Positions 17,723 through 27,222 of a DNA stretch of 64,000 nt are shown in pieces. This DNA is from Thermoanaerobaculia bacterium (GTDB lineage: Bacteria; Acidobacteriota; Thermoanaerobaculia; Multivoradales; UBA5704): NCBI GenBank assembly GCA_035949675.1, contig DASZHY010000092.1, positions 3,851 to 67,850 of the forward strand. The letters run 5' to 3'. The position numbers and the translations under genes are program-made. Within the stretch, counting starts at the first letter, position 1; the number at the start of each line of letters is the position of its first letter. The notes under the pieces are model-generated. The model was not told where the DNA came from, made no database searches, and saw only the letters and a list, made by a program, of their open reading frames with translations.

Positions 17723-18406
17723 ATGGCTGCGAACATTGTGTTGGTCCACGGGGCGGATGCCGACGGATCGAGCTGGAGCAAAGTTATCCCGATCCTCCAA
17801 GACGCTGGCCACTACGTAGTTGCCGTGCAGCTGCCGCTGACGTCGATTGCTGATGACGCCGCAAAGGCCCGCCGGGCGATCGACAACTTCGACGCGCCGG
17901 TGGTGGTCGTGGGTCATTCTTTCGGTGGTGTCGTCATCTCGCAAGCCGCCCACGACGCGCCGAACGTGAGTGCGCTGGTGTACGTCGCGGCGTTCGCGCC
18001 CGATAATGACGAGAGTGCCGCGGACCTCGTCGGCCGCTTTCCCGCGCTGGAATCAGCGAAGTACATCGTGGTCGACAAGAACGGGCTCTTCGCGTTCCCT
18101 CAGGACCAGTTTCCGCGGCTGTTCGCACAAGACGTTGATCCCGTTGAGGCGCGCGTCATGGCTGCTGTCCAAGGGCCTGCGGATGCCGCGCGTTTCACGT
18201 TCAAGTCCGGTCCACCGGCATGGCGGGAGCATCCCTCCTGGTATGTCGCCGCAGCAGCGGATGGGATCATCCATCCTGAGTTAGAGCGCTGGATGGCCAA
18301 GCGCATGGATGCAAGGACGACCTCGGTGCCTGCCGCCAGCCACGCGGTGATGGTATCGCATCCGCGCGAGGTCGCAAACGTGATCCTTGCGGCGGCAAAA
18401 GGCTGA
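17723..18406 (+). CDS. Alpha/beta hydrolase (methylesterase/SABP2-like)
   Basis: IVLVHGADADGSSWSKV...VVVGHSFGGVV carries the GHSFG nucleophile elbow. The local region has lower GC. Confidence 0.8.
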   Translation: MAANIVLVHGADADGSSWSKVIPILQDAGHYVVAVQLPLTSIADDAAKARRAIDNFDAPVVVVGHSFGGVVISQAAHDAPNVSALVYVAAFAPDNDESAADLVGRFPALESAKYIVVDKNGLFAFPQDQFPRLFAQDVDPVEARVMAAVQGPADAARFTFKSGPPAWREHPSWYVAAAADGIIHPELERWMAKRMDARTTSVPAASHAVMVSHPREVANVILAAAKG

Positions 18407-18460
18407 TCAGGGCTTCAGGGTGCGCCGTACGGGCGAGGCGGGGGCTGTCTCGTGCCGGCG

Positions 18461-18994
18461 TCAATCTCCGATGAAGAAGTGGAACTTGACCTCCGAGTCG
18501 CTCTCGACCCGGCCGTTGCGAAGCTTTTTCAGGTGCCCCTCGAGAACGACCACCAAGTCGTCGCCGAACAATGCAGCGAAGTTACCCGTTTTGAGGAGAT
18601 CACCCGCGAACTCGTATCGCTCACCGCCTCTCTCCTCGGTCCTGAAGCTCAGTCGAGTCTCGTCACGCGTTACCTGCTCGAATCGCAAGTCCCAGTATGG
18701 CTCTTCAGCTTTTCGCCTGTCCATTAGCCGAACATAACCCGTGAGCGCCGCCGACTTACCGGGAGTCTTCTGTTCGAGCTGAAGCCACTCGAAATTCGCC
18801 AAGGCAGCCGGCTTCTTTCCTTCTATTTCATAATAACCACTTAGATCATCCACCGCCTTGGACGATGCGCCGCCCGCGCCATTCACCGCCGCGGCTGTCT
18901 GGGCTTGGGCTGACGGAGGCGCCAGTGCTAAAGCGCCGACGAGGGCCAGCCAGCGAAATGGGTGAGGCAAATGGTTCAAGAGCGTGATTTTCAT
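18461..18994 (-). CDS. Secreted hypothetical protein
   Basis: The internal Met yields signal peptide MKITLLNHLPHPFRWLALVGALALAPPSAQA. There are no recognizable domains. It sits in lower-GC DNA. Confidence 0.45.
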   Translation of the reverse strand: MKITLLNHLPHPFRWLALVGALALAPPSAQAQTAAAVNGAGGASSKAVDDLSGYYEIEGKKPAALANFEWLQLEQKTPGKSAALTGYVRLMDRRKAEEPYWDLRFEQVTRDETRLSFRTEERGGERYEFAGDLLKTGNFAALFGDDLVVVLEGHLKKLRNGRVESDSEVKFHFFIGD

Positions 18995-19095
18995 GGCATC
19001 TCCTCCTGGGGAAGGGCTCATGCAAAGCGGACCAACTCCTCGGCCATCATAGACGGGTCCGACCCCTGCTGCCATGCTGCTCCCTTCGGGCCAGT

Positions 19096-21294
19096 TCAGG
19101 GCGGCGGCACCAGCTCGAGCGACCAGACACCGGCCCCTTTGGTGCCGGCGTAGAGCCGAAACCGCAGGGGGTCGTAGACCAGCGAGGAAACGCCGGTCGG
19201 CAGCAGCACCGGCAAGCCGGTCCCCAGCACCCCCCAGGTGCCCGGCGTCGAGGTGATCCTGGCCCAGACCGGCGGGCCCGTGAGTCCCACGTTGGGCCCG
19301 TTGAATGTCACCGGCTGGTCGAGGCTCGCGATCAGAAAATAGGTGCTGGGACCGCCGACCAGCAGCAGGCCGGTGAACGCGCCGGCCGTGGGGAAGTCCT
19401 GCGAGGTCCAGGTGGCGCCGCCGTCGCCGCTCAGGTACACGGCCCCGGACCCTCCCACGTAGACCGTGCCGGCATTCACCGGATCGATCGCCACCGACTG
19501 AAAGCTCAGCTCGTTCTGCCCGCTCGCCGCCCAGGTGGTGCCACCGTCGAGGCTCTGGTAGATCCCGTTCGCGGGGATGACGCCAAATGGCGCCTGCCAG
19601 GTGGCGACCGCGTAGACCGTCGCCGGCTGGGACGGCGCGTAGGCGATCGCAGTGACGAAGTAGGCGGAGCCGCTGGGCGGCAGGACGGACTTGCTGTCCC
19701 AGGTGACGCCGGCGTCGCGGCTCTGATATACGGCGTTACCCGCCCCAACCAGGATGTGCATCGCGTCGAGAGGATCGACCGCCACGCTGGTGACGGGGTG
19801 TGGATCAAAGGTATTGCCGAAGGTCGGCAGCGGCGCCCGTTCGGTCCAGCTGTTGCCGGCATCGAGCGATACCGCAAGGAGGTTGAACGAGCTGACCGCA
19901 TAGAGCGCCGCGGGTCCGGGCGGCGGCGGGCCGGGCGGAAGGGTGCTCGGCGACCAAACGGCGAGCGCGGTCACGTTGGGGTCGGTCAAGCCGCTGTTGA
20001 TCTTCCGCCAGGCGGCGCCGCCGTTGCGCGAGCGATAGACGCCCAGGGCGGTGCCGGCGTAGAGCTTGACGTTGTTCGCTGGTCCGCCGCCGTAATCGAT
20101 GGCCATGGCCTGGACAGCGGTCGCAGATAGACCAGCGCTCGACGCAGCCCAGGCGGTCCCGAGGTCGGAGCTCGTCCAGACGCCGGCACCGGGAGCCTGC
20201 GAACCAACACGGGAGAGGCCGCTGCCGGCGTAGATCACCGGCGACGGCGTCGAAGCCAGGGCGAGAGCGCCCACGGCCACTGCGGCGGCGCCGGCCGGCG
20301 CCGGGATGGCCGTGGCGGCAAACGCAGCCAGCGGCGTCCAATGGGCGCCTGAGTCGTGACTCTGATAGATCCCCTCGTCGGTGCCGGCGAAAAGCAAGCG
20401 GCTGTGCGGTACGGCCAGCAGGCTGAACACGCCCTGCTTGCCGAACGGGCCGCTGAGCGCCTGCCAGGTGAGGCCGCCGTCGTTGGTGACCACGATCTGG
20501 CTGCCCGAACCCGAGCTGATCAAGGTCTTGGCGCACCCGGCATAGGCCCGCAGCGGCCGCACCGGATCCCACAACAGGGCCTGAGCGGCGCAGGCCGTCC
20601 CGAACACCTGCCGCCAGGTGGCGCCGCCATCGGCGCTGCGGTACAGGCCATAATCGCTGCCGGCAAGCAGCAGGCCGCGCCGCGGACCCGCCGCCAGGGT
20701 CTGCACCAGAGGGGGGCTAGAGGCGCCGGGCGGCGTCCCGAGACCGGCGCCGATCCTGGCCCAGGTTGCACCGCCATCGGCGCTCTTGTAGGCGCCGCTG
20801 GTCGAGCCGGCGGCGTAGACGAGGAGCGGCGAGAAGGGATCGAAGGCGAACTGCGTGGCCTCGACGAACTGCCGGCGCAGGGTGACCCGGTGCCAGGAAG
20901 CCGCATGATCGAGGCTGCGGAAGATGCCACTGACGGCGGCCGCGAGGAGCGTGCCCCGGGGGCTGACGGCGATCGTCGCCAGGCCGTTGGTGTCGAGCCC
21001 GGAGCTGGCCGGCGCCCAGGTGGCGCCGCCGTTGGTGCTCTTGAACACGCCCCCAAACTGCGTGCTCGCGTAGAGCGTGGAACGCGATCCCGGATCCGCC
21101 GCCAGCCCGGTGACCACGCCTCCGTCGGGTCCGGTCGGTGCCCACGCTCCCTGGCCCGCGGCGGCCAGCGGCGCCGCCAGCGCCCAGGCCACAGCCAGGA
21201 CCAGGCCCCCAAGACACCGGCCAAGACGCCGGCCGCCTGCTCGCCATGCCTCCATCGCTTGCCTCGTCTCTCCCCGCCGCCGGCGGAGCGGCAA
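19096..21294 (-). CDS. Secreted BNR/Asp-box repeat beta-propeller protein
   Basis: At least seven S-x-D-x-G-x-T-W repeats (TNGGATWAP, SADGGATW, TNDGGLTW, SHDSGAHW, SRDAGVTW, SLDGGTTW, SGDGGATW). It has an N-terminal signal peptide. The start is 21294 or 21258. Confidence 0.7.
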   Translation of the reverse strand: MPLRRRRGETRQAMEAWRAGGRRLGRCLGGLVLAVAWALAAPLAAAGQGAWAPTGPDGGVVTGLAADPGSRSTLYASTQFGGVFKSTNGGATWAPASSGLDTNGLATIAVSPRGTLLAAAVSGIFRSLDHAASWHRVTLRRQFVEATQFAFDPFSPLLVYAAGSTSGAYKSADGGATWARIGAGLGTPPGASSPPLVQTLAAGPRRGLLLAGSDYGLYRSADGGATWRQVFGTACAAQALLWDPVRPLRAYAGCAKTLISSGSGSQIVVTNDGGLTWQALSGPFGKQGVFSLLAVPHSRLLFAGTDEGIYQSHDSGAHWTPLAAFAATAIPAPAGAAAVAVGALALASTPSPVIYAGSGLSRVGSQAPGAGVWTSSDLGTAWAASSAGLSATAVQAMAIDYGGGPANNVKLYAGTALGVYRSRNGGAAWRKINSGLTDPNVTALAVWSPSTLPPGPPPPGPAALYAVSSFNLLAVSLDAGNSWTERAPLPTFGNTFDPHPVTSVAVDPLDAMHILVGAGNAVYQSRDAGVTWDSKSVLPPSGSAYFVTAIAYAPSQPATVYAVATWQAPFGVIPANGIYQSLDGGTTWAASGQNELSFQSVAIDPVNAGTVYVGGSGAVYLSGDGGATWTSQDFPTAGAFTGLLLVGGPSTYFLIASLDQPVTFNGPNVGLTGPPVWARITSTPGTWGVLGTGLPVLLPTGVSSLVYDPLRFRLYAGTKGAGVWSLELVPPP

Positions 21295-21430
21295 TGGTGG
21301 TCGAGCTGCTGCCGGCTTGCTTCTCTGCTGTTCTATACGGATTCCTCCCGAGCTCCGCCCAGGGCGGAGCGGTTCGAGGACAGCTGCTTCAGGTCTGGGC
21401 CTGGCAGGCTGCTGGTCTATGTTCCCGCGC

Positions 21431-24400
21431 CTACTCGAAGTAGCCGCTGACGTCGACGATCACCTGCACGCTGGGCGACTGGCCGCCGACGGACGAGAAG
21501 ACCCGCAACGTGCCGTCGCCGGCGGCCGACAGCGCGCTCACCGTGTTGTTGGCGCGCGTCTGGCCGGCGTTGAAGCTGAGCGTGCTGGTCCCCGGCGGCG
21601 TCGTTCCGTCGGGGTGAAGAGTGAGGTGCCCGGCGCCCGTCGCCCCGGTGACGGTGACGTTGAGCGCCACGGCCTTGGCGGTGATCGGCACGTTGCAGCT
21701 GCGTGCGATCATGACCACGCGGTCCTCGGAACCGAAGGCGGGGCCCTGGTCCGCGTTGCGCGTGTCGAGGACCCGGCACGGCGGCACGGCGAAGAAGCAG
21801 AGCTTGCCACCGGTCAGCGCGCAGGGCGGCGGCGGGCAGATGCCCGGCGCCAGGGCGTGCGTCACCTGGAAATCGTCGACGTGCCAGCCGTCGACCCCCA
21901 CGTTGGCGTCGTTCTGGAAGCGGAAACGGAAGCGGCGGCTGAGACCCGCAAGGGCGCCGATGTTCAGCGTCACCTGGTCCATCTGGGGGTATGACGCATT
22001 GCTCCCCTGCCAGGCCGGCTCGCCCCCGACGGTGCTGTTGTAGCCGCCCGCCACGAAGGTCGCGCCGGCGGCGGTGATCTCCTGCCAGGTCGCGCCGCCG
22101 TCGGTCGACACCTCGAGCGAGCCGCCGTCGGCGCCGGTGGCCGGGGTCTCGGTGGCAAAGGCGTGCCAGAAGCTCAGCTGGCTGTTGCTCGAGATCCCCA
22201 TCACCGGCGAGATCAGCCGGTCGTCCTTGTTGCCGTTCTGGGACTCGCTCGAGTACCAGTCCGTGGTCGGACTGTGGGCGCTGGCGTCGGGGCTCCTGAG
22301 CTGCCAGTTGATCGAGCCGGTTCCGGGATTGACCGGGGTCTGTACCGTCCAGCCCGGCGCGCCCGACTCGAAGTTGTCGGAAAAGACGGAGTCGAGCAGG
22401 CACAGGATGTTGAAGCAGGCCTGCGCCGTGGAGCTCAGGGGCGTGATGCCGGCGGGCGGCGTGTCGGTGACGGTGTAGTCCACGCAGCACCGGCCCGTCA
22501 GGTCGTGGTTCGGCGTGAAGGACAGCTTGTTGCCGGCGATCGACACGGCGCCGCAACTGAGCGGGCCGACCCCGGTCAGCGTCAACGGATCGCCGTCGGG
22601 GTCGGAGTCGTTGGCCAGCACGTCCGCCGTGATCGAGGTGTTGCGGGCCAGGCTGAACGAGTCGGGCATCGCCACCGGCGGGTGGTTGACGTTGGGGATG
22701 ACGGTGATCGCGACGTGGGCCATGGCCGTGTTGCCGTGACCGTCGTCGTCCTGGTAGGTCAGCGCGTCGCTGCCGGTGAAATTGTGGGCCGGCGTGTAGA
22801 GGATCTGCTGATCGGCCGTCACCGACGCCGTGCCGTTGGCCGGCGCCGCGACGATGGACACGCTCAACGTGTCGCCGTCGGGATCGGAGTCGTTGGCGAG
22901 GACGTCGATCCTGAGCGATCCGTTCTCGCGCACCGTGGCCACGTCGTCGACCGCAACCGGCGGGCTGTTGCCGGCGCAGCTGCCGACGACCCCGTAACTG
23001 CCGAACGTGGTGGTGACGCTCAGGCTGCCGGTGGGCTGGGTGGTGTTGTCGATCGCGGCGTTCGAGCGGAAGGTCTGCGTGCCGCTGCCGTCGAAAGTGC
23101 GGGCGTAGATACCGCCCAGGACGTCGTGCAGCTGGGGATTGCCCACCGCGCTCTTCGGCACGTTGATCACGATGCTGCCGTCGGCGAGGTGGTCGCCGGT
23201 GGTGGTCGCGATCTGGTGCGGAATGGGGTTGGAAAGGACGAGGCCGATGACTCCGAGCTCTACCGTTCCGTACTCGAAGGTCACCACCGGCGGATTGCTG
23301 TTGTCGGTGCTCATGCCGGCGTAATAGACGCCATTGAAGATCACTGGGGCGGCCGGCGGACTGGGATAAGACCAGATGATGCGCCACTGCCGCGTCGGGG
23401 TGGTGGGGTGTGACATGTCGGCGTCGACCTTCATGGTGAAGACCAGATTGGAACCGTCGCCGGGTTCGGCCACCGAGACGGACAGGATGTCGAGATCGGC
23501 GTTGGCCGGCGCGCCCACCTGGCTGCCCGCGGGATCGGTGAGCAGCTGGACGCCGGGAGTGGTGCAGGGATCGAGGGTCAGATCGACCGGCTGGACCTTG
23601 CTGGCGTTGAGGCCGCAGGCCGCCGACTCGCCGGCGGCATTGACCGCGCTGACGCTGTAGAAGTAGGTGTCGGTCTGCGTCGCGGTTGCGTCGAGATAGC
23701 TGCGCGCCGCCCCCGGGAGCGTCGCGAGCTGGCTGTCGGCGCCGCCGGCGCCGGTGCGGCGGTAGACCCTGTAGGCGGTGATCGGAGCGCCGCCGGTCGA
23801 CGGCTGCACCCACTCGAGATGCACTCCCCCGGCGTCTCGCCGGGCCGTGGTCAGCGTGGCGGCGCCCGCCGCGACAGGCTCCGCCGGATCGTGGGCGGCA
23901 AAGAGCCGCTTGCCGCTCGTCTGGCGCAGCAGCGTGGCCTGAGCGCGGTAATCGTTGCCGAGCGCGCTCGCCGGCGCATCCTTGCACTGCCGCGAGGTGC
24001 AGCCGTCCGCGAACACCGCCACCACGCGGCCGAACTTGTCGACGTTGATGTCGTTGAAGTCGAGCAGGTTGCGGCAGACGTTGGCGCCGCCGCCGTTCCA
24101 GATGCAGGTGCGCTGCACCGCGTCGTCGGGGGTCGCGTCCACGACCGTCCAGTCGGTGCCCTGGTTGTAGGTATGGGCGATGTAAAAGTGCCAGACGCCG
24201 TTGAAGCTGCTGCTCTGGTAGGGGCCGGCGGTCGGAGTGCCCAGGAAGCCGAAGGCGGCGCGGTCGTCATCGCCCGCGACCACCTCGGCGAACTCGCAGT
24301 TCTTGATCCCGAAAGCCGTGCCGACGTCCGTGCTCGCGCTCCAGGTGATCGCCGGGGTCGGCAGGGCGGTGAGCTTGCCGACCGCGATCTTGGGAGATCC

Positions 24401-25300
24401 GCTGCCGTCGCAGTAGCCGAAGTAGATCGAGCCGCCGGCGCCGATCCAGACCGAAGGGTCGGACGTTCCCGTCGTGCTGTCGGGAATCTTGGCAAGGCTC
24501 CAGCTGGCGCCGTCGTCGGTCGAGAAAAACAACCCTTGCTTGCCGCCGCAGCTCGCGTTCGGCACGTAGGCGGAGCCGTCCACCGGCGAGACCTTGACGT
24601 GGCCATGCAGGCCGCCGCAGGCCGCGCCGGTGTCGATCGGGACCGCTGGGCCCCAGCTCGTGGCGCCGTCCGTGCTCAGGGCGCAGGCCGCGGCAGGCAG
24701 CTGCGAGCAGTAGTAAAAGGCGTTCGCGTACCCCGTCCCGACGAGCGGCGGCGCGAACGGACCGCCGCCCAGGGTCTCGTGATCGACGCCCGAATTGACC
24801 GCGCTGCCGCCGGCGGCCGTCCAGGTGTTGCCGTCGTCGTCGGTCGTCGAAGCCTCGTTGCGGCCGGTGAGCAGGAGCAGCATCGCCGCGATGGTGCGGT
24901 TGGTCTGATGATCGGTGAAGAGAATGGGATCGCTGTCCTGGTGCGAGGTGGGGGCCGACTTGTCCTCCCACGTCGTCGTGGAGTACGCCGGACACAGCGG
25001 CGCGCCCGTCGCCGCGTCGTCGAACGTGATGCGCAGGGTCTGAACGTCGGATTGGACCATGATCTTGCCGGTCGCCCAGTCGACGCCGACCGACGGCTCG
25101 CCGGCGCTGACTCCATACCCGATGTTGATCTTGCCCTGGTCGATCTGGGCCGGGGTCGGGGTGTAGCTCTGGTAGGAGGGCACGCCAGGGGCGGGCGTGC
25201 CGGCGGTGACGGCTCCCCAGGCCGGAGCGCCAAGCATCAACCCGAGGACCGGTAAGGCGGAGTACATCCAGGTCATCGCAGGACGGAAGCGCAGGCGCAT
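21431..25300 (-). CDS. Giant secreted adhesin-like protein (1289 aa): sialidase/BNR-like propeller + FN3 + two cadherin/Ig-like domains + MAM/LamG-like (choice-of-anchor J-like) + C-terminal beta domain
   Basis: Signal peptide present. The cadherin/Ig-like repeats read VAVDDVATVRENGSLRIDVLANDSDPDGDTLS and PVAMPDSFSLARNTSITADVLANDSDPDGDPLT. The MAM/LamG-like region reads DNFESGAPGWTVQT...SLEVSTDGGATWQEI...WHVDDFQV. Confidence 0.75.
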   Translation of the reverse strand: MRLRFRPAMTWMYSALPVLGLMLGAPAWGAVTAGTPAPGVPSYQSYTPTPAQIDQGKINIGYGVSAGEPSVGVDWATGKIMVQSDVQTLRITFDDAATGAPLCPAYSTTTWEDKSAPTSHQDSDPILFTDHQTNRTIAAMLLLLTGRNEASTTDDDGNTWTAAGGSAVNSGVDHETLGGGPFAPPLVGTGYANAFYYCSQLPAAACALSTDGATSWGPAVPIDTGAACGGLHGHVKVSPVDGSAYVPNASCGGKQGLFFSTDDGASWSLAKIPDSTTGTSDPSVWIGAGGSIYFGYCDGSGSPKIAVGKLTALPTPAITWSASTDVGTAFGIKNCEFAEVVAGDDDRAAFGFLGTPTAGPYQSSSFNGVWHFYIAHTYNQGTDWTVVDATPDDAVQRTCIWNGGGANVCRNLLDFNDINVDKFGRVVAVFADGCTSRQCKDAPASALGNDYRAQATLLRQTSGKRLFAAHDPAEPVAAGAATLTTARRDAGGVHLEWVQPSTGGAPITAYRVYRRTGAGGADSQLATLPGAARSYLDATATQTDTYFYSVSAVNAAGESAACGLNASKVQPVDLTLDPCTTPGVQLLTDPAGSQVGAPANADLDILSVSVAEPGDGSNLVFTMKVDADMSHPTTPTRQWRIIWSYPSPPAAPVIFNGVYYAGMSTDNSNPPVVTFEYGTVELGVIGLVLSNPIPHQIATTTGDHLADGSIVINVPKSAVGNPQLHDVLGGIYARTFDGSGTQTFRSNAAIDNTTQPTGSLSVTTTFGSYGVVGSCAGNSPPVAVDDVATVRENGSLRIDVLANDSDPDGDTLSVSIVAAPANGTASVTADQQILYTPAHNFTGSDALTYQDDDGHGNTAMAHVAITVIPNVNHPPVAMPDSFSLARNTSITADVLANDSDPDGDPLTLTGVGPLSCGAVSIAGNKLSFTPNHDLTGRCCVDYTVTDTPPAGITPLSSTAQACFNILCLLDSVFSDNFESGAPGWTVQTPVNPGTGSINWQLRSPDASAHSPTTDWYSSESQNGNKDDRLISPVMGISSNSQLSFWHAFATETPATGADGGSLEVSTDGGATWQEITAAGATFVAGGYNSTVGGEPAWQGSNASYPQMDQVTLNIGALAGLSRRFRFRFQNDANVGVDGWHVDDFQVTHALAPGICPPPPCALTGGKLCFFAVPPCRVLDTRNADQGPAFGSEDRVVMIARSCNVPITAKAVALNVTVTGATGAGHLTLHPDGTTPPGTSTLSFNAGQTRANNTVSALSAAGDGTLRVFSSVGGQSPSVQVIVDVSGYFE

Positions 25301-25311
25301 GGCGATGTCTC

Positions 25312-25974
25312 CTAGAGAGTCTTCAGGCGTTCGAGCGCGGCGCGAGCCAGCGCCTGCACCCGGCGCGACCAGTCCGCGGCCTCGCCGGTGCCGCCGACGC
25401 TGAGGCGCAGGTAGGCCCCTGGTGTCAGGACGTAAAGAGAGACGTTGCCCCGGCCGCCGGCGAGGAACGCCTCCTCGCCGAGGCCAGGGACAGGCGTCAG
25501 GAGAGCCCTGGTTTCCTCTTCCCCGCGGTCGCGCTCACGCTCGGGTTTCTGGCCCCGGCGCTCCTCGGGATGGAACATGCGCTCCCAGCGCTCCCGCACC
25601 TCGCGCCGGGCCGCCTGGCTGCGGTCGGCGCGCTGGCCGCGGTCGGCGCGCTGGCTGCGGTCAGCGCGGTCAGCGCGATCGGCGCGGTCGGCGCCGCCGC
25701 GGTCGGCCTGGGTCAAGCTGACGCTCACGGAGCTCGCGAACGGGTCGACGCGGAAGAAGCACTGCGTGGTGGCAACCGCCCCGGCGGCGTTTCCCGAGGC
25801 GATCGCCGCCTGCAGCGACCCGCCCTGCACCCGCTCGACGTCCGCCGCGGTCAAGAGAGCGCAGGCGTCGAGCGGCGGGCCGGCGGCGCGGGCGATCCCG
25901 GCGCCGGCGATCCAGGCGCCGGCGAAGGCGAGACATGAAAGGTAGGCAGCCCGCTCCGCGGTCTTCCAGGTCAT
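25312..25974 (-). CDS. Secreted hypothetical protein with an ADRADRADRSQRADRGQRADRSQ low-complexity repeat
   Basis: The internal Met gives signal peptide MTWKTAERAAYLSCLAFAGAWIAGAGIARA. Its stop is 11 nt from the start of the giant adhesin gene, suggesting co-transcription. Confidence 0.45.
   Translation of the reverse strand: MTWKTAERAAYLSCLAFAGAWIAGAGIARAAGPPLDACALLTAADVERVQGGSLQAAIASGNAAGAVATTQCFFRVDPFASSVSVSLTQADRGGADRADRADRADRSQRADRGQRADRSQAARREVRERWERMFHPEERRGQKPERERDRGEEETRALLTPVPGLGEEAFLAGGRGNVSLYVLTPGAYLRLSVGGTGEAADWSRRVQALARAALERLKTL
25610..25705. repeat. Tandem 9/18-bp repeats (gcggtcggcgcgctggcc, gcggtcagc units) inside the gene at 25312..25974
   Basis: Direct reading. The repeats encode the DRA/DRS peptide units. 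Confidence 0.6.
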
Positions 25975-26197
25975 CGTCGACCACCAAGAGGCATGAGTTG
26001 GGGGCCGTCCATTGCGGCAAGCTTGGAAACAAGAACTGTGCCATAGGCATTGATCTATGCATCTAATTTCTTCTCTACCTTGGGGTGCCCGACGCCGGCG
26101 CGAGCAGCGGTGGCCGCGGCGCAATCTCGAGCGTGGTCCGCATGAGGATCACGGCGTAGGGATTCCAGCGGGTTGCGCGGTTGACGCAACCAGGAGG

Positions 26198-26230
26198 TTG
26201 CATTTCTTCGGCGACCGAGCTAACATGCAA
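26198..26230 (+). promoter_or_regulatory. Promoter (TTGCAT-17-TAACAT) overlapping the inverted repeat TTGCAT...ATGCAA; likely ArsR-family operator
   Basis: TTGCAT at 26198-26203 and ATGCAA at 26225-26230. The direct repeat GGAGGTTGCA also occurs twice. It lies immediately upstream of the SRPBCC/ArsR gene pair. Confidence 0.4.
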
Positions 26231-26244
26231 TCGGGAGGTTGCAC

Positions 26245-26733
26245 ATGACCACAGACCGCATCGAGAAGAAGGTCCTGCTGCGAGCGCCGCTGGCCCGGGT
26301 CTGGCGCGCCATTTCCGATGCCACGGAGTTCGGGAACTGGTTTGGCATGAAGCTCGACGGCCCGTTTGTGCCGGGCGCGCGCCTGCGCGGGATGATCGTC
26401 CCTACCACGGTCGACGCCGAGGTGGCCAAGGCGCAGCAGCCCTACGAGGCCACGCCGTTCGAGATCACCGTCGAGCAGGTGGAACCCGAGCGGCTGCTCT
26501 CGTTCCGCTGGCATCCGTACGCCCTCGAGCGCGCGGTCGACTACTCGGCCGAGCCCACGACGCTCATCGTCTTCGCCCTGGAGGAGATGGCGGACGGCGT
26601 GCTGCTCACCGTCACCGAGTCCGGGTTCGACCGCATCCCGCTGGCACGCCGGGCGGAGGCGTTCAAGGCCAACGACGCGGGCTGGGCCATCCAGATGACG
26701 CTGATCGAGAAGTATCTCGCCCGGGCGGCGTAG
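26245..26733 (+). CDS. SRPBCC superfamily protein (Aha1/polyketide-cyclase-like)
   Basis: RIEKKVLLRAPLARVWRAISDATEFGNWFG is the typical AHSA1/SRPBCC N-terminus. It pairs with the downstream ArsR regulator, a common arrangement. Confidence 0.75.
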   Translation: MTTDRIEKKVLLRAPLARVWRAISDATEFGNWFGMKLDGPFVPGARLRGMIVPTTVDAEVAKAQQPYEATPFEITVEQVEPERLLSFRWHPYALERAVDYSAEPTTLIVFALEEMADGVLLTVTESGFDRIPLARRAEAFKANDAGWAIQMTLIEKYLARAA

Positions 26734-26737
26734 CGCG

Positions 26738-27076
26738 ATGACCATGCCGATGGCGACAGCGAGCGCGAAGGGCTGCGCGCCGGTCTTCGCGGCCCTGGGC
26801 GACGAGCGGCGCCTGCGCCTGGTCGCCCGCCTGTGCCAGGACGGCCCGCTGTCCATCACCGAGCTCACCGCGGGCTCCGACGTCACGCGTCAAGCGATCA
26901 CCAAGCACCTGCGCGTGATGGAGCAGGCGGGCCTCGTGCGCGGCGCGCGGCGCGGGCGCGAAAGCGTCTGGCAGCTGGAGCAGCAAAGCTTCGCGGAGGT
27001 GCGGCGCTACCTCGACCTGATCTCCCAGCAGTGGGACGCCGCTCTCGGCCGGCTACGTCAGCTCGTCGAGGAGTGA
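26738..27076 (+). CDS. ArsR/SmtB-family transcriptional regulator
   Basis: FAALGDERRLRLVARLCQDGPLSITELTAGSDVTRQAITKHLRVMEQAGLV is a winged HTH. Confidence 0.8.
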   Translation: MTMPMATASAKGCAPVFAALGDERRLRLVARLCQDGPLSITELTAGSDVTRQAITKHLRVMEQAGLVRGARRGRESVWQLEQQSFAEVRRYLDLISQQWDAALGRLRQLVEE

Positions 27077-27097
27077 CCGGAATAGAGAAATTGGTGG

Positions 27098-27193
27098 TCG
27101 AAGCGAAGGGGAGGGGGCGTCCCCTTCCCCCCCGGAGGGGTGGGAAGGGGATCGAGGGGTTGCGGGGGGAGATCCGATAGACGCTTCGAGTAG
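27098..27193. repeat. GC-rich intergenic repeat element, copy A (inverted relative to copy B at 40634..40755)
   Basis: gaagcgaaggggagggggcgtccccttccccccc...gagatccgatagacgcttcgagtag is the reverse complement of ctactcgaagcgtctatcgggtctcccccc...gggggggaaggggacgccccctcccct at about 40634. Confidence 0.75.
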
Positions 27194-27222
27194 TCCTCGA
27201 ACGCTCGCTACTGGCACCGGTT

